From Octopus sinensis (lineage: Eukaryota): a DNA stretch of 64,000 bases. Below the pieces are notes generated by a model. It had not been told where the DNA came from and made no database searches. It saw only the letters and a list, made by a program, of their open reading frames with translations. A program made the position numbers and the translations under genes. The number at the start of each line of letters is the position of its first letter. The first letter of the stretch is position 1. Below, piece by piece: positions 12,159 through 24,650 of the stretch. The DNA lies in NCBI RefSeq assembly GCF_006345805.1, contig NC_043001.1, forward strand, positions 51,708,001-51,772,000. Direction: 5' to 3'.

Positions 12159-12800
12159 TACTTCTTAGAACTACCTCACTTTAGTAAGAGAAATATTACT
12201 GCAATCCACTGAGCGATCTGCAAGGAGGTTCTGAACATGCAGATGGTGCAGAAGTTACTGTTCTGAGATCAAACTACAAATAGCAATGGTGGAGGGGTTG
12301 CTCACTGCCCAATTTCCCCATCAACAACATGTGTTCAAGGGCTTAAGTAGCATATGAAGTGGTCTGAAGCAAATGTGGTACATCCTATGGTGGGAACACT
12401 ACCAGAAAGCAACACATATATCTCCAAGAATGCATCTTTTATCTGTTATCCTTTACTGATTTCAGTCATTAGATTGTGGCCATGCTGGAACACTACCTTG
12501 AAGAATTTTACTGGTACAAATTGACCCCAGTACTTTTTTTTAAAGTCTGGCACTTTTTTTTGTGGGTCTCTTTGCCAAAATGTGCTGTTATGGTGACAAA
12601 CACAGACACATACATGATGGGCTTCTTTGTGGTTCTGTCTACCAAATCCACTCTGGCACACTGCTCTACTCAAGAAGATCAGTCGACCAAAGCAGGATAG
12701 ATACCAATGCTGGTGCCATATAAAAAGCACCCAGTACACTCTATGGAGTGTTTGGCATTACGAAACCATGCCAGAACAGACAATAGAGCTGGTATTGTCT

Positions 12801-12861
12801 GATGATTTTATTAGAGCTGGTAAGGCCAGGGGCTGGCCTTACCAGCTCTGATAAAATCATC
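12801..12861. repeat. Near-perfect 29-bp hairpin with 3-nt loop
   Basis: GATGATTTTATTAGAGCTGGTAAGGCCAG-ggg-CTGGCCTTACCAGCTCTGATAAAATCATC, single T:G position. Confidence 0.9.
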
Positions 12862-15299
12862 CAGTCTGTGCTAGCATGGAAAATGGATGTTAAATGATGA
12901 TGATACATATGTGCAAGTCTGTATGTATATACATATATATATATATATATATATGGTTGGGGGGGCAGAGGGAGGGAAGGATAACTGGTAGGATATAGAA
13001 AACATTAATAATTCTTTCAAGTTGGCCAATTTTCCTTGGAAGGTGAAAAATAAAAAAATAAACAGACAAAAGTACAGAATACAATGTAAAAAAAATTTTT
13101 AAGTGTGAAAATACTGGTACAGAGATGAAAATTGAACAAACAGAGAATGAATCAACCTTATTGTTGAGAAAACAAGAGTAAAACATGGCACTATAGGAGG
13201 GATTTAGTAGATTATGAGTCAGTATCAAAAGGTATAGAGATTAACTTTGATAGGTAGAAAGCAAATACCTTTAATAAACAAAGAAAGAATGAAACTGAAG
13301 ATTTACACAGGGAGAAGACAGATAAGATTAAAGTAGATTAGATGACTGAATTTGACAAATACTACCAAATGCTGAGGGGTGAATAATAAAAATCACAGGA
13401 AAAAAAGGTTGATATTTTGTTATTGGAAAGCAGTGTTTTTCAGTCATTTTTAATTGGTAATGCACTGGAGATCAAATGACAGAAATACTGGTGCCCTTTG
13501 CACAGATATTTGTTTTAAAATTAAAAGTGATTGAAAAAAAAAAAGCCTAAAGTTATACTTTTAAAAATCTTCAGTGCACCAAGATATTCCATGCATTGCA
13601 CCAGTCATATAGTAATTAAAGAAATATTTTGTGCTTTAATAGGTGACAATTAAAAAATTGTATACAGTAGCAACATACATTTTCTATGAATGACATTGTA
13701 CATATGTGAAAAAAATCATGTTATATCCCAATACCTTATCTAAAACTGTTCTTTTTTTAAAAGATGTGTGTGTGTGTGTGTACTGAAACTTTTTCATTTG
13801 ACCTATGATTTTTCTGGCATTTTTCCCTGAGAATTTTTTTTTATTTTACCTATTTATGTTGGGATTCACAGATTTCAGATGACATGGGACTCAAATGAGA
13901 AAAGTAAACCGAAAGGCCAAAACACTTAATTGCTGGGTTTTTTTTCTTTCTTTTCTTTCTTTTCTTTTTTTTTATAGAAAATTGTTTTTATTTATATCAA
14001 AAATTTTTCTTAAGGTAATATAAATAGAGTCACATGAAAATACAGAAGCCCTGAAGGAGTCTGAATAAAACAGCTGGACTAAAGTGTCTGAATATTTTCT
14101 AAAGAAAAATAAATCCTCAACACAGACTGACTGGCACCAAAGTAATCATAATGTTTATGATTACTTTACAAAAAAAAAAAGTATTAACAAAAGGGCTTAT
14201 GAATATAATCAAGCCATGAATGAAAAACAGAGAATATAGAAGCTTAAAGTAAAAAAAAAATGAACATAAAGAACAACAAACCCTAGTGTCCAGACCGGTG
14301 GACACCACCAAAGTATTTAGCTGACCCAATAGAAAAGATAGCAAAAATATGATAAACATCAGTTGAGTATCAAGCAAAGCAACTAATTAATGAAGGACCA
14401 ATGTAGTATGGTCACAATACAACAATTGACAGACTAACTGGAAAGATATTGGCATAAAAGATGAAACACAATAGGATTAAGGAAGGTAGAGGAAGGGATC
14501 AGTTAGTTTTTTAATGACATATTATTGTCTTACTTCAGCCTTTCAACTTCATCCACCAGCCACATGAGAGAATAGGAGCAAGAGGAAGGGCAATGGATTT
14601 CATTTTCGTTTTATTTATTTGTTTAGCTTTGTCTGATTCTATTTTTTTTTTTTTTCAATTTTTCTTTTAAGATTACATTTCAGCTTCCAAAAGACATTGT
14701 AAGGAAGTGTTTTAGTCACTTGTTTTCACAACCAACAATAATGCTGCCATCACCACCACCACCACCACTACTGCTACCACAACTACTTCCATTACAATCA
14801 TCAACTAACAACATCTCTACACTAAAACCAACAAGCAAGCCTGTATGTGGTTGCACCTCCTGATAGAAGTAGCAGGTAATCTCCCTCCAATTACACACAT
14901 CCTACCATCCTTAAAAATAAATACACACACACATTGGATAATGTTTTCCTAGAAATATCATTAATTTTACAACTGCTTTCTAAGCAAGTAGGTTATTATG
15001 GTTCAAATCATTTCTCATTTGACTTACTGCTTTTAACCAAAGATGTGCTCCTAGATCAATAATGGACGTCCTGGAATTAAACATCAGCTCTACCACTGCC
15101 ATAACTACAACCAATACCTCTACAATATTTATCACAGTTATTGTTAAGGTGAATTGGCAAAGTTATTAGAGCATTAAATTGAAAGCTTTGATGTATTTGT
15201 CCTAGTTTCTTTATTTTACTTTGTAGGTTCAAAACCTGCTTATGTCACTTAATTTCAGAAATGTTAATGTGTCAGAAAGGATACTTTGTGGCATCTATT

Positions 15300-15685
15300 C
15301 AGGCATGGCTGAGTAAGAAGTTCACTTCCCAACCACACAGTTCTGGGTTCAGCCCCACTGTGTGGCACCTTGGGCAAGACTCTCCTGCTATAGCCTCAGG
15401 CCAACCAAAGTTTGTGAGTGGATTTGGTAGATGGAAACAGAAAGAAGCCTGTCAATTGTGTATAAATATCTGTGTATGTCTTTGTGCTTATATTTGTCCC
15501 CCACCACTGCTTGACAACCAGTGTTGGTATGTTTACATCCCCATCACTTAGCAGTTTGGCAAAAGTGACCAATAGAATAAGTACCAGGCTTAAAAAGAAA
15601 ATAAGTACTGGGGTTGATCAACTACAAATTCTTCAAGGTGGTGCTCCAGCATGGCCACAATCTAGTGACTGAAACAAGTAAATGG
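15300..15685 (+). mobile_element. SINE family A copy (diverged)
   Basis: Head GGCATGGCTGAGTAAG..GGTTCAGCCCC, tail GACTGAAACAAGTAAA. Confidence 0.8.
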
Positions 15686-17684
15686 TAATGGTAACATCTA
15701 CATTGGTATTGCTACCAAACTGTATCAGTCTTGGCTTCCTTTTGAGCAACATCATTGACATGAAAAGAGGAGACTTGTATACATAGAGCAATAGCCAGTC
15801 TTCCACTAAAGTATTTTACCCAGGTTATGCCTTTGACAGGAACTATTGAAGTAGAGAATCCTATGGTCAACAATGACAGAATGAAGGTCTAGAATGTTAA
15901 TCTATTTTCAGTTGAAATTTTCAGACCAAAATTTACAGCAAAAAAAAAAAGAGAAAAAAAAAAGGGAAGGTAGACTTATGCACCAATAACAACTTTGGAA
16001 GGCCTAAAAATTTTATGTGAAATGAAGCAAGATTTGGAAAGATAGTGACAATATCTAAATGTTTATGTTACATATTATATTGACTTGTATATCAGAAAAA
16101 AACAATAAACAGCTTCTTCCACTTGACTATTAGCTCTGGTTGTGTGTGTGTGTGTGAGAGAGAGAGGGGGAGAGAGAGAGAGATAGGGAGAGAGAGTGAG
16201 TATGCACATATGTAGGTGTACACAAAGTCAGTGGATCTCCATTGATTTCAGCAACAGATATTCAGTACTTCAATCAACTGACCTACCTTCTCAATTGCAT
16301 ATATGTAGCCAAGTATTCCATAGACACATGTACTTTAACAGAATCCTCAAGCAGAATCAGTGTGACATAGTACTTAATAGATCTGACTCTTCGAATTACA
16401 AGTCCAATCCATCTTCTTGTTTACTATACAATTTCTGTCTAACCAATTTCACTCACAAGATTTGCATTAACTTGAAGCTATAATAAAAGACACTTGCCTA
16501 AGATACCATGCAGTGGGATTGAACCTGGGCCCTTGTGATTGCATAACAAACTTCATAACCATTTGGCTCTACTGCATCTATGTATGTGTATTCTGTTATC
16601 CAGTCAATGATGATTCTGATAGGACAGAACCATAGCAGGTTTGGTTCGGTTTAATTGACAGTGGGTCACTTGCTTAGCTCCAAGCCAGCCTTGATAGAGC
16701 AGACCTTTAATCACAAGAATTCCAGACAAACTCTTTTTCTCATGACACAAAGTTCACCTACAACTACTTTATCCAACATGTTCTTTTTCAAATGTCATTT
16801 GGAGGTGTATGCAAGGTGACTGCATAAAGGTTCACTCATTAGTTAGAATTGATGGACAAGTTGATTCTAATAACAAACAAATGAAATATTCTTTAGAGCA
16901 ATACTTTCTAAACTTTACATAATGGTGACACACTTTTTAAAACTAAAACATTTTATGACACATCAAATTTTCTTTGTGATATGAAATTAGCACTTTTAAT
17001 AAACCATTAGATACCATTTCTAGTTGTATGGAAAATTGCCAAATATCTAATTGTATGCAGAGTTGTCAAATGTCAGATATACTTTAATGTCAAACTAATT
17101 GTATAAATTTCTTTGATTTGGCTTAATTTCATATCACACCTAGAGATTGTTAGCAATACTCTAAAGTGTTGTGATACAGTTTGGAAACCTACCTCTACTC
17201 AACAGTATCTAACATGGTGGTGCCTTTGGAGTAATTAGCTCAGTACCTCCCTAGGAGTATCTAAGTTGGTGCCTGCCTATAAAGTATTTATTTTTTGTTA
17301 GAATACTATGCTTAAATTTGGCATTCAAAAACTTTATTTTTTCATACCAATGGGAATTAATAAAATTCCATGGGAAATAGAGGTGATACTGTGAACTAAA
17401 ATACCTGGTAATATTCAGTTTCATCTGAGTTATTTATGTCCTTTACAAATTGACAAAAGTACCAGACAAAATATTTGGAGCTTTATAAGCAACTGAAACC
17501 TTTGAAGATGGTTCTTTGGCATAGCAGTAGTCCAATGACAGAGATTATAAAAAGAATAAAGAATAGTTACTGAAATTATTGCATTTCTCCTGTCAAAATT
17601 TCTATTACCTAACAGGACTGAGAGACTTAAATAGATAAATTATTACATGAATTTATGATTTAAATAATAATAGCTCCCAATTTA

Positions 17685-18285
17685 GGCATAAGGCCAACAA
17701 TTTTAAGGGAAAAAGATTAGATCAATACTTCACTGGCATTTTATTTTATCAAACCCCCAAAAGCATGAAAGATAAAGTTGGTACCCAGGAAGATTTTGAA
17801 CTCTGGGTCAGAAGAAATACCACAAGATATTTTTCAGATGCTCTAACAATTCTTCCAGCTCACCATCTTGTTAGAATTACATACACCTTTCTATTTTAGG
17901 CTCAAGGCCTGAAATTTTGGGAGAGTGGTATAGTTGATTAAGTTGACCCCAGTGCTTGACTGGCACTTATTTTATTGGCCTTGAAAGGATGAAAGCAAAG
18001 CTGACTCAGCAGAATTTGAACTCAGAATGTAAAGATGAATGAAATGCCACTAAACATTTTCCCTGGGATGCTAATGACTTTTCCACCTCACTGCTTTGAC
18101 CTAAAATTTTGGCACAGGATCAGTAGATTTTGAAGGGAGGGAAAAGTCAATTACATTGATCCCAGTACTTGACTGGTACTTATTTTATCGACCCTGAAAG
18201 GCAACACTGAACTCAGTGGAATTTGAGCTCAGAACCCAGACATGCAATACTGGTGTGCTAACAGTTTTGTCAGCTTGTTGCCTAA
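17685..18285 (-). mobile_element. Three adjacent degenerate SINE family C copies
   Basis: Repeated AAATTTTGG..GACCCCAGT..ACTTATTTTAT..GAAAG..GAATTTGAACTCAGAA motifs. Confidence 0.7.
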
Positions 18286-19285
18286 CCTGTAAGAGTCATA
18301 TAACAAAAACAAAAATGTTACCCTTCCCTACTTATGGACGTTTTTTTTTATATTTCAATAGTCCTTACTGACCCTGCTATAAACATGATCCTTCATGTAC
18401 ATACAACACCCACTACTCCACAATATTACAGTTGTTTGCTATTAAGTCACAGCATGTTAAGATATTTGCATGAATTTTAGAAGCTGTAGACTATAAACTT
18501 TCTGAAGGTGTGAATATTTAAGAAGAAGGCACAGGTAAGACAAGAATGTAACCACAGGTAAGAGAAAAATGTAAGCACAGGTAAGACAGTGTAGTTATGA
18601 AGTTCACTTTGCAAACCATATGGCTTCAGTCCCCATCCCACTTCCACCTTGAGCAAGTGTCTTCACTACAGCAACAGCATAAAGTAGTATTCTCTTAACA
18701 TTTCTTTCTGCATACCCATTCACTCTATTTAGTATTTATTCTTTTGTATATATATAGAACAAAATGTATGGATAGCATGGAACAGACAATAGATCTTTAT
18801 TCCTTTTCATTTTATATTTGTTTCAGTCACTGGATTGTGACCATGCTGGGCCAACATCCTGAAGGGTTCAGTCAAACAAATCGACCTCATACTTTTTCTT
18901 TTTTTCTTCTTTTTTTTTTTGAAGTCTAGTAACATACTGTCTGTCTCTTTTGTTGAACCACTCAGTTATGAAGAGATATCATTCATTAGTAAATCCATTT
19001 AACTTAATGTAAAAATGTTAATGTGATTCTGTTATTCTTTTACTTGTTTCAGTCATTTGACTGTGGCCATGCTGGAGCACCACCTTGAAAGATGTTAGTC
19101 AAATAAATCAACCCCAGGACTTACTTTTTGTAAGCCTAGTACTTATTATATCAGTACTTTTTGCTGAACTGCTAAGTTAAGGGAACATAAACACACCAGC
19201 ATTGGATGTAAAGCAATGGCAGAGGGTCAAACACAAACATATACATACATATATATATACATATATACATATATATATATTAATA

Positions 19286-19484
19286 AGAAAATGGAGAAAA
19301 CCTCAGATCAACAAGCGCATCAATTGGGCCACATTTATAGCCTATTATTTAATACAAAACATAGCATAACATATGATTTAAATGTTATGTCACATAAATG
19401 TAATGCCATGTTTTGTATTAAATAATAAGCTATAAATGGGGTCCAATTGATGTGCTTCTTGATCTGAGGTTTTCTCCATTTTCT
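19286..19484. repeat. Fold-back palindrome (~80-bp arms)
   Basis: AGAAAATGGAGAAAACCTCAGATCAA..TTATTTAATACAAAACAT pairs with ATGTTTTGTATTAAATAATAA..TTGATCTGAGGTTTTCTCCATTTTCT. Confidence 0.85.
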
Positions 19485-19652
19485 GATTATTTATATTTGT
19501 TTCCTGATAAACTTTTATTTATTCTGTTGTTACCTGTACCCTATGAGCATAGTGTTCCTGCATATCCATGCCCAGAAATAACATGGGGAACGGATACCAA
19601 TAGTATATTTGAATATTTTATCTCTTAGTCAGTTATAACTGCTCACTCTGCT

Positions 19653-19699
<47 letters not shown>

Positions 19700-19704
<5 letters not shown>

Positions 19705-19915
19705 TAATCCAAACAAGAAAGCACAAAAAAAACACAACAACGTGAGGACGTGGAACAAATATAGTATTATTGGACGCTCAGGAAAGAAGGAAAGAAGGAG
19801 GGTTTAACGTTTTGAGCGGAGCTCTTCATCGGAAACATAGGAGAAGGAAAGATCCAGAGAAGGGAAGACAGAGGGAAAAAAATCGCCAACGGTACACACG
19901 AGGTCACATTTTGAA
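19700..19915 (-). mobile_element. Microsatellite-anchored short repeat containing a minimal hammerhead-like motif (19802-19836)
   Basis: Minus strand GTTT-CCGATGA-A-GAGC-tcc-GCTC-AAAA-CGT-T-AAAC, followed by TTCCTGAGCGT shared with the 35225-35410 element. Confidence 0.6.
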
Positions 19916-19934
19916 AGACCGGAAGGAAATATAT

Positions 19935-20450
19935 GAAGAAAACAGAAAATGGAGAAGTACTGATTAACAACAATAGACTTACATCAATTATCATTTATTA
20001 ATTCAATGCATATAGACTGCGTCTCATCTAACAGCTGTTTCTGCTTCCAATGTTATATGGTATTGCAAAATATTAATCATATTTGGTAATAAAACCGATC
20101 TGAAGCAAGGAGCTTCATCAGAGTGAGGAATAAATAGAGAGTCTTTTACTTAACGGCCCAAAGAGACACACAAGCAAAATGGTATGATTACAACCATATT
20201 CAACTTTACCCCTTTTCTCTTCTCTCTATTAATTCTTAAAATCTGATGAAGCTCCTTGTTTCAGACTGATTTTATTATCAAATATGATTAATATTTTTAC
20301 ATACTTTGAATATCAATGGCAATACCGTATAACATTTGAAGCAGAAACAACTGTTAAATGAGATGCAATCTATTTGCATTGAATTAATAAATAATAATTG
20401 AGGTAAGTCAATTGTTGTTAATTAGCACTTCTCCATTGTCTGTTTTCTTT
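19935..20450. repeat. Fold-back palindrome (~190-bp arms)
   Basis: 19935-20122 pairs with 20242-20450, e.g. AATATTAATCATATTTGGTAATAAAA / TTTTATTATCAAATATGATTAATATT. Confidence 0.85.
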
Positions 20451-21921
20451 AAATTTTGATTCCTGATAAACCCATGTTTATCCCTGTCTTTACCTATAAC
20501 TTATGAACATAATATATTTGCATACGTATGCACATGGTTAAATATAGGTAATATACCGTAATGGATACTTCTATCCCTTAGATGGTTATCTTAACCTCTA
20601 ACTCAACTAACATATATATATATATATATATATATAATGAACTTCTTCCGTTTCCATCTACCAAATCTACCCACAAGGCTTTGGTTGGTCTGAGGCTATA
20701 GTAGAAGTCACTTGCCCAAGGTGCCATGCAGTGGGACTGAACCAAGAAACATGAGGTTGGTAGGCAAACTTCTTACCGCACAGCCTTGCCTGTGCCTAGG
20801 TTCTTTCCAACAGGAAACTCAATTCCAGGTTTGGTTCAAAGTGAGATTCATAACATACATCTATCATTCTCAAATGACAGTGTTTATAAGAAATATATCT
20901 GTTTGCAATAATACATATTGTCAACAAAAAGAAAAAGAAGTGTCTATGTGAGTGATATTACCCTGAGTTATAAAATGAGTTATTTATATTGTGTCAGCTC
21001 TAGGTGTGAATCAATCTAGCATGTAAGTTGCTAGATATTCATGTCTCTTATGCTAATGTGAATGTGTGTGTGTGTGTGACAATGTCAAATATGAACACGT
21101 TTGTGTACGTCACTCCACCAAATCTAAATGATATCTATATGGTTGTCTGTATTTTCTCTGTATTCTTCTTATGCCTTGCTAATGCTTCTAAAAATATGGT
21201 AACCTTCACTTAAATGTTACCTTGACTTAGCTAAATCTATCCCTACATCACTCCTATTCACCTACCATAGACACAATTAAAGCTACTCCTTTCTCTTGCT
21301 TTCTCTCTATCACACACACACACACACTATCATCACCATCACTGAAAAGTCTTGCTTTCCCATTTCTGCCTTTCTTCAACTCTCGTTGTTTATCTCAAGT
21401 TCAGCCCTAACTACACAAGCCAATGATCAAGAAATCTTTTCAGCCTTAATCATCAGTCTCTTATATTTTTTTTTTTAGAAAAAAAAAAGAAAAAGGTTAT
21501 CAAACCAGGTTAGGGGCCTTGTCAAACTGTGATGAGATCTTCTACTGGTACCAAGTAAACCACTACTACCTGTTCCATGCTCAAGTGGTTGCCAACTAAA
21601 CCAGCTCCCCCACTTGAGTAGCTTGCTACTCATGTGAAGAATATCTGGATACCCAGCAGGACTCGAAACAAGGCCTGTTGAAGAATGGATGAGCTCCCTG
21701 TGGGCCAATGGCCTTCCAGTTGGGGAAAGCAATGGCAAACCAAGAAAATACTATGCGAATGTCAGAATGAAGTAATGCTATAGCTTCATCCAATGCAAGA
21801 ACTTGCATTTAATTGGGAAGACTTTGGTTGTAGTGTCATCAATGTTTTGCAAAAAAGCGTACCATGATGACGATGATGATGACAATCTAGGATCACATTA
21901 GTTGATTAATCTATTTTATTT

Positions 21922-22315
21922 AGGGGCAGGAGTGGCTGTATAGTAAGTAGCTTGCTTACCAACCACATGATTCTGGGTTCAGTCCACTGCGTGGCACCTT
22001 GGGCAAGTGTCTTCTACTATAGCTTCGGGCTGACCAAAGCCTTGTGAGTGAATTTGGTAGACGGAAACTAAAAAAAGCCCGTCGTATATATGTATATGTA
22101 TATATATATGTGTGTGTGTGTGTTTGTGTGTCTGTGTTTGTCCCCCACCAACATCGCTTGACAACCGATGCTGCATCGTAACTTAGCGGTTCAGCAAAAG
22201 AGACTGATAGATTAAGTACTAGGCTTACAAAGAATAAGTTCTGGGGTCGATTTGTTTGACTAAAGGCGGTGCTCCAGCATGGCCACAGTCAAATGACTGA
22301 AACCAGTAAAAAGAG
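21922..22315 (+). mobile_element. SINE family A, full length
   Basis: Colinear match to 4121-4522 with a small internal deletion. Confidence 0.9.
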
Positions 22316-22329
22316 AGAGAGAGTATTTA

Positions 22330-22670
22330 TGAAGGCATGTGGCTTGGTGGTTAGGATACGCAGCTCACTATCATAAGGTTGTGAGTTCAATTCCTGGCAA
22401 TGCATTATGTCCTTGAGCAAGACACTTTATTCCATGCTGCTCCAGTTCACTCAGTTGGTAAAAATGAGTAGTACCTATATTTCAAAGGGCCAGCCATGAC
22501 ACATTTTGTGTCACTCCCTGAGAACTATGTTAAAAGTACACATGTCTGTGGAGTGCATAGCCGCATGAATGTTAATTTCATAAGCAGTCTGTCCTGCTGA
22601 TCAGATCAACTGAAACCCTTGCCATCATAACCGACAGAGTTCCAGTTATTTTAATTTAAGTGAAACTTGA
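22330..22670 (+). mobile_element. SINE family B-type (tRNA head plus CORE-like domain, different tail)
   Basis: GGCTTGGTGGTTAGG..GAGTTCAATTCC..GTCCTTGAGCAAGACACTTT..GCTCCAGTTCACTCAG. Confidence 0.75.
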
Positions 22671-22799
22671 CTATGTCTATGATGATGACTACACAGAGGT
22701 TCCTTTGATGACTAAGGTATGGTGTAATAATCCAATGAAACCTAGTCATTCCTTGTAGTATCATCATTGAACAGTTATAAAATTTATTCAAATAATCAC

Positions 22800-23220
22800 A
22801 GGATCCATACCATTATTTTAACAAAAATCATCAGCACCATAATGCTAATAATAGGGGTCATGGAAGTCACAGAAACAATTACAACTCAACTAATTAGGAT
22901 GAGATGCAGTTTGGTTTTGTACCCTGTCAACTAGAATGATTAGTCCCTCTGTTTAAAATATCTGGTGAAGTGGAATACAGCCAAGTCACCCATATAGTTA
23001 ATTGGGTTTACAGGAAGGTATCATACCTGATGAGTGGTGTAGCAGCATTATACAAGGGTAGATGCATTAGAGAGAAGTAATTACAGAGGTATCAAATTAC
23101 TAGACCAGGTCATGAAAGTTACAGGATTATAGCTCATCAAATTAGGACGAGTTAGGCAAGGTAAGAGGTAGTTTGATTTTGTACCCAGAAGAAGTACTAA
23201 TGATGTTGTCACTGAGTGCA
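22800..23220 (+). mobile_element. RTE LINE reverse-transcriptase fragment
   Basis: Relic IIPDEWCSSII..DALERSNYRGIKLLDQVMKVT and DEMQFGFVP. Confidence 0.7.
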
Positions 23221-24262
23221 GCAATGAATTAGTGTGCAGGTAGGAGTATTTGGTACAAAGCCACCTCCCTCAATATTGTACCCCTACTCAGTAGAGGGTT
23301 TTGTCTTGTGAGTTACTCAGTTGCTGCTGCCACAAAAAAAAATAAAAATTCCAACCCAGGATATTCTATAAAGTAGTTGACAATAGGAAAGATCCCACTG
23401 TAGAAAGAATGGAAGAGTAGATATAGGAGCTCAATGCAGTCTTTAACTCTTCAGATCCCATCAACCTGTCCAATCCATACCTTCATGGAAAACAGACATT
23501 AACTGATGATGATGATGATTAAATAAAATAAAAATTGTTTCTGAAAGAAAAAGAAAACATTATCAAAGAAATGGTAACTACTGTTTTGCAAAATAAACTT
23601 TTATTAAGTTTTAATAAAAGGTATCTTATCTTGTACAATTTTTTCATAGACTCATTGAGTTCCTTGGAGCTTTCTCAGAAAAACAGTGACACAAGGTAAT
23701 GCTATTTAGCCTCATGTAAGCACTGTGAAGCAGAAAAAAAAAAGAAAAAAATTCCAAAATACTTCCTAGCTTAAATAATCATTTACCTTTAAAAGAAAGC
23801 TAGTATAACTAGAACTAAGTCAATCAATATGTCCCTTTCTGATTTGGCTGTAACCATGACAACCATGCAGAATCTCCCACACTGCTTCAAGAACAATCAT
23901 GTTTGTGAATGAGGTGTAGCAATTATAAGACATCAGGTAGGTGTCATTACAGATGTGTCATAGAGATCACACTAACTGACTCAAAGTATCAGGTTATCTG
24001 TATTAAAAGCTCAGGTATCTGATACTTTTGGCTTCTCAAACATCCCCACAGCAGGTGTGCAATAGTCATCACATCAACCAGGCAAAATATCTAGTTACAA
24101 TGATTCATACCTTTGATGAAATTACTGATACGAAATATCACAGATGCAGCTGATCATCAGGTTAGTAATACTGGTCAGATGGATCTTGTTGCATTCATTA
24201 AATGTGTAAATTTGCTATGGCAATGCTCTAAAAATAAAATAAAATAAAAATAAATAAAGATA

Positions 24263-24650
24263 GGTACAGGTGTAGTTGTGTAGTAAGAAGCTTGCTTCCC
24301 AACCACATGGTTCCAGGTTCAGTTCCACTGGGCAAGTGTTTTCTACTATAAATTTGAGCAAACCAAACCTTGTGAATAGATGTGGTAGACAGAAAAAGAA
24401 AGAAGCCCGTCGTGTGTGTGTGTGTATGTGCTTGTGTCTGTATTTGTCTCCCACCACCGCTTGACAGCTGGTATTTGTTTGTTTACATTCTCATAACAGT
24501 GGTTCAGTGAAAAGACACTGACAGTGTAAGTACCATGCTTAAAATTGTAAAAATAAAAGTTCTGGGTTGATACATTCGACTACAAATTTTTCAAGGTGGT
24601 GCCCCAGTATGTCCATAGCCTAATAACAGAAACATGAAGGATGAAAGAAA
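24263..24650 (+). mobile_element. Degenerate SINE family A copy
   Basis: Colinear head, GT microsatellite and tail. Confidence 0.7.

Noticed and set aside
20242-20275. CTGATGAAGCTCC at the inner ends of the 19.9-kb fold-back arms
   Set aside because: Core heptamer present but no GAAA or helix III follows
21475-21808. GC-richer stretch with overlapping short ORFs
   Set aside because: No recognisable domain or consistent splice sites
23600-23755. Strong minus-strand acceptor at 23723 with a downstream AATAAA
   Set aside because: No recognisable coding frame and such signals are common in AT-rich DNA. Needs RNA evidence
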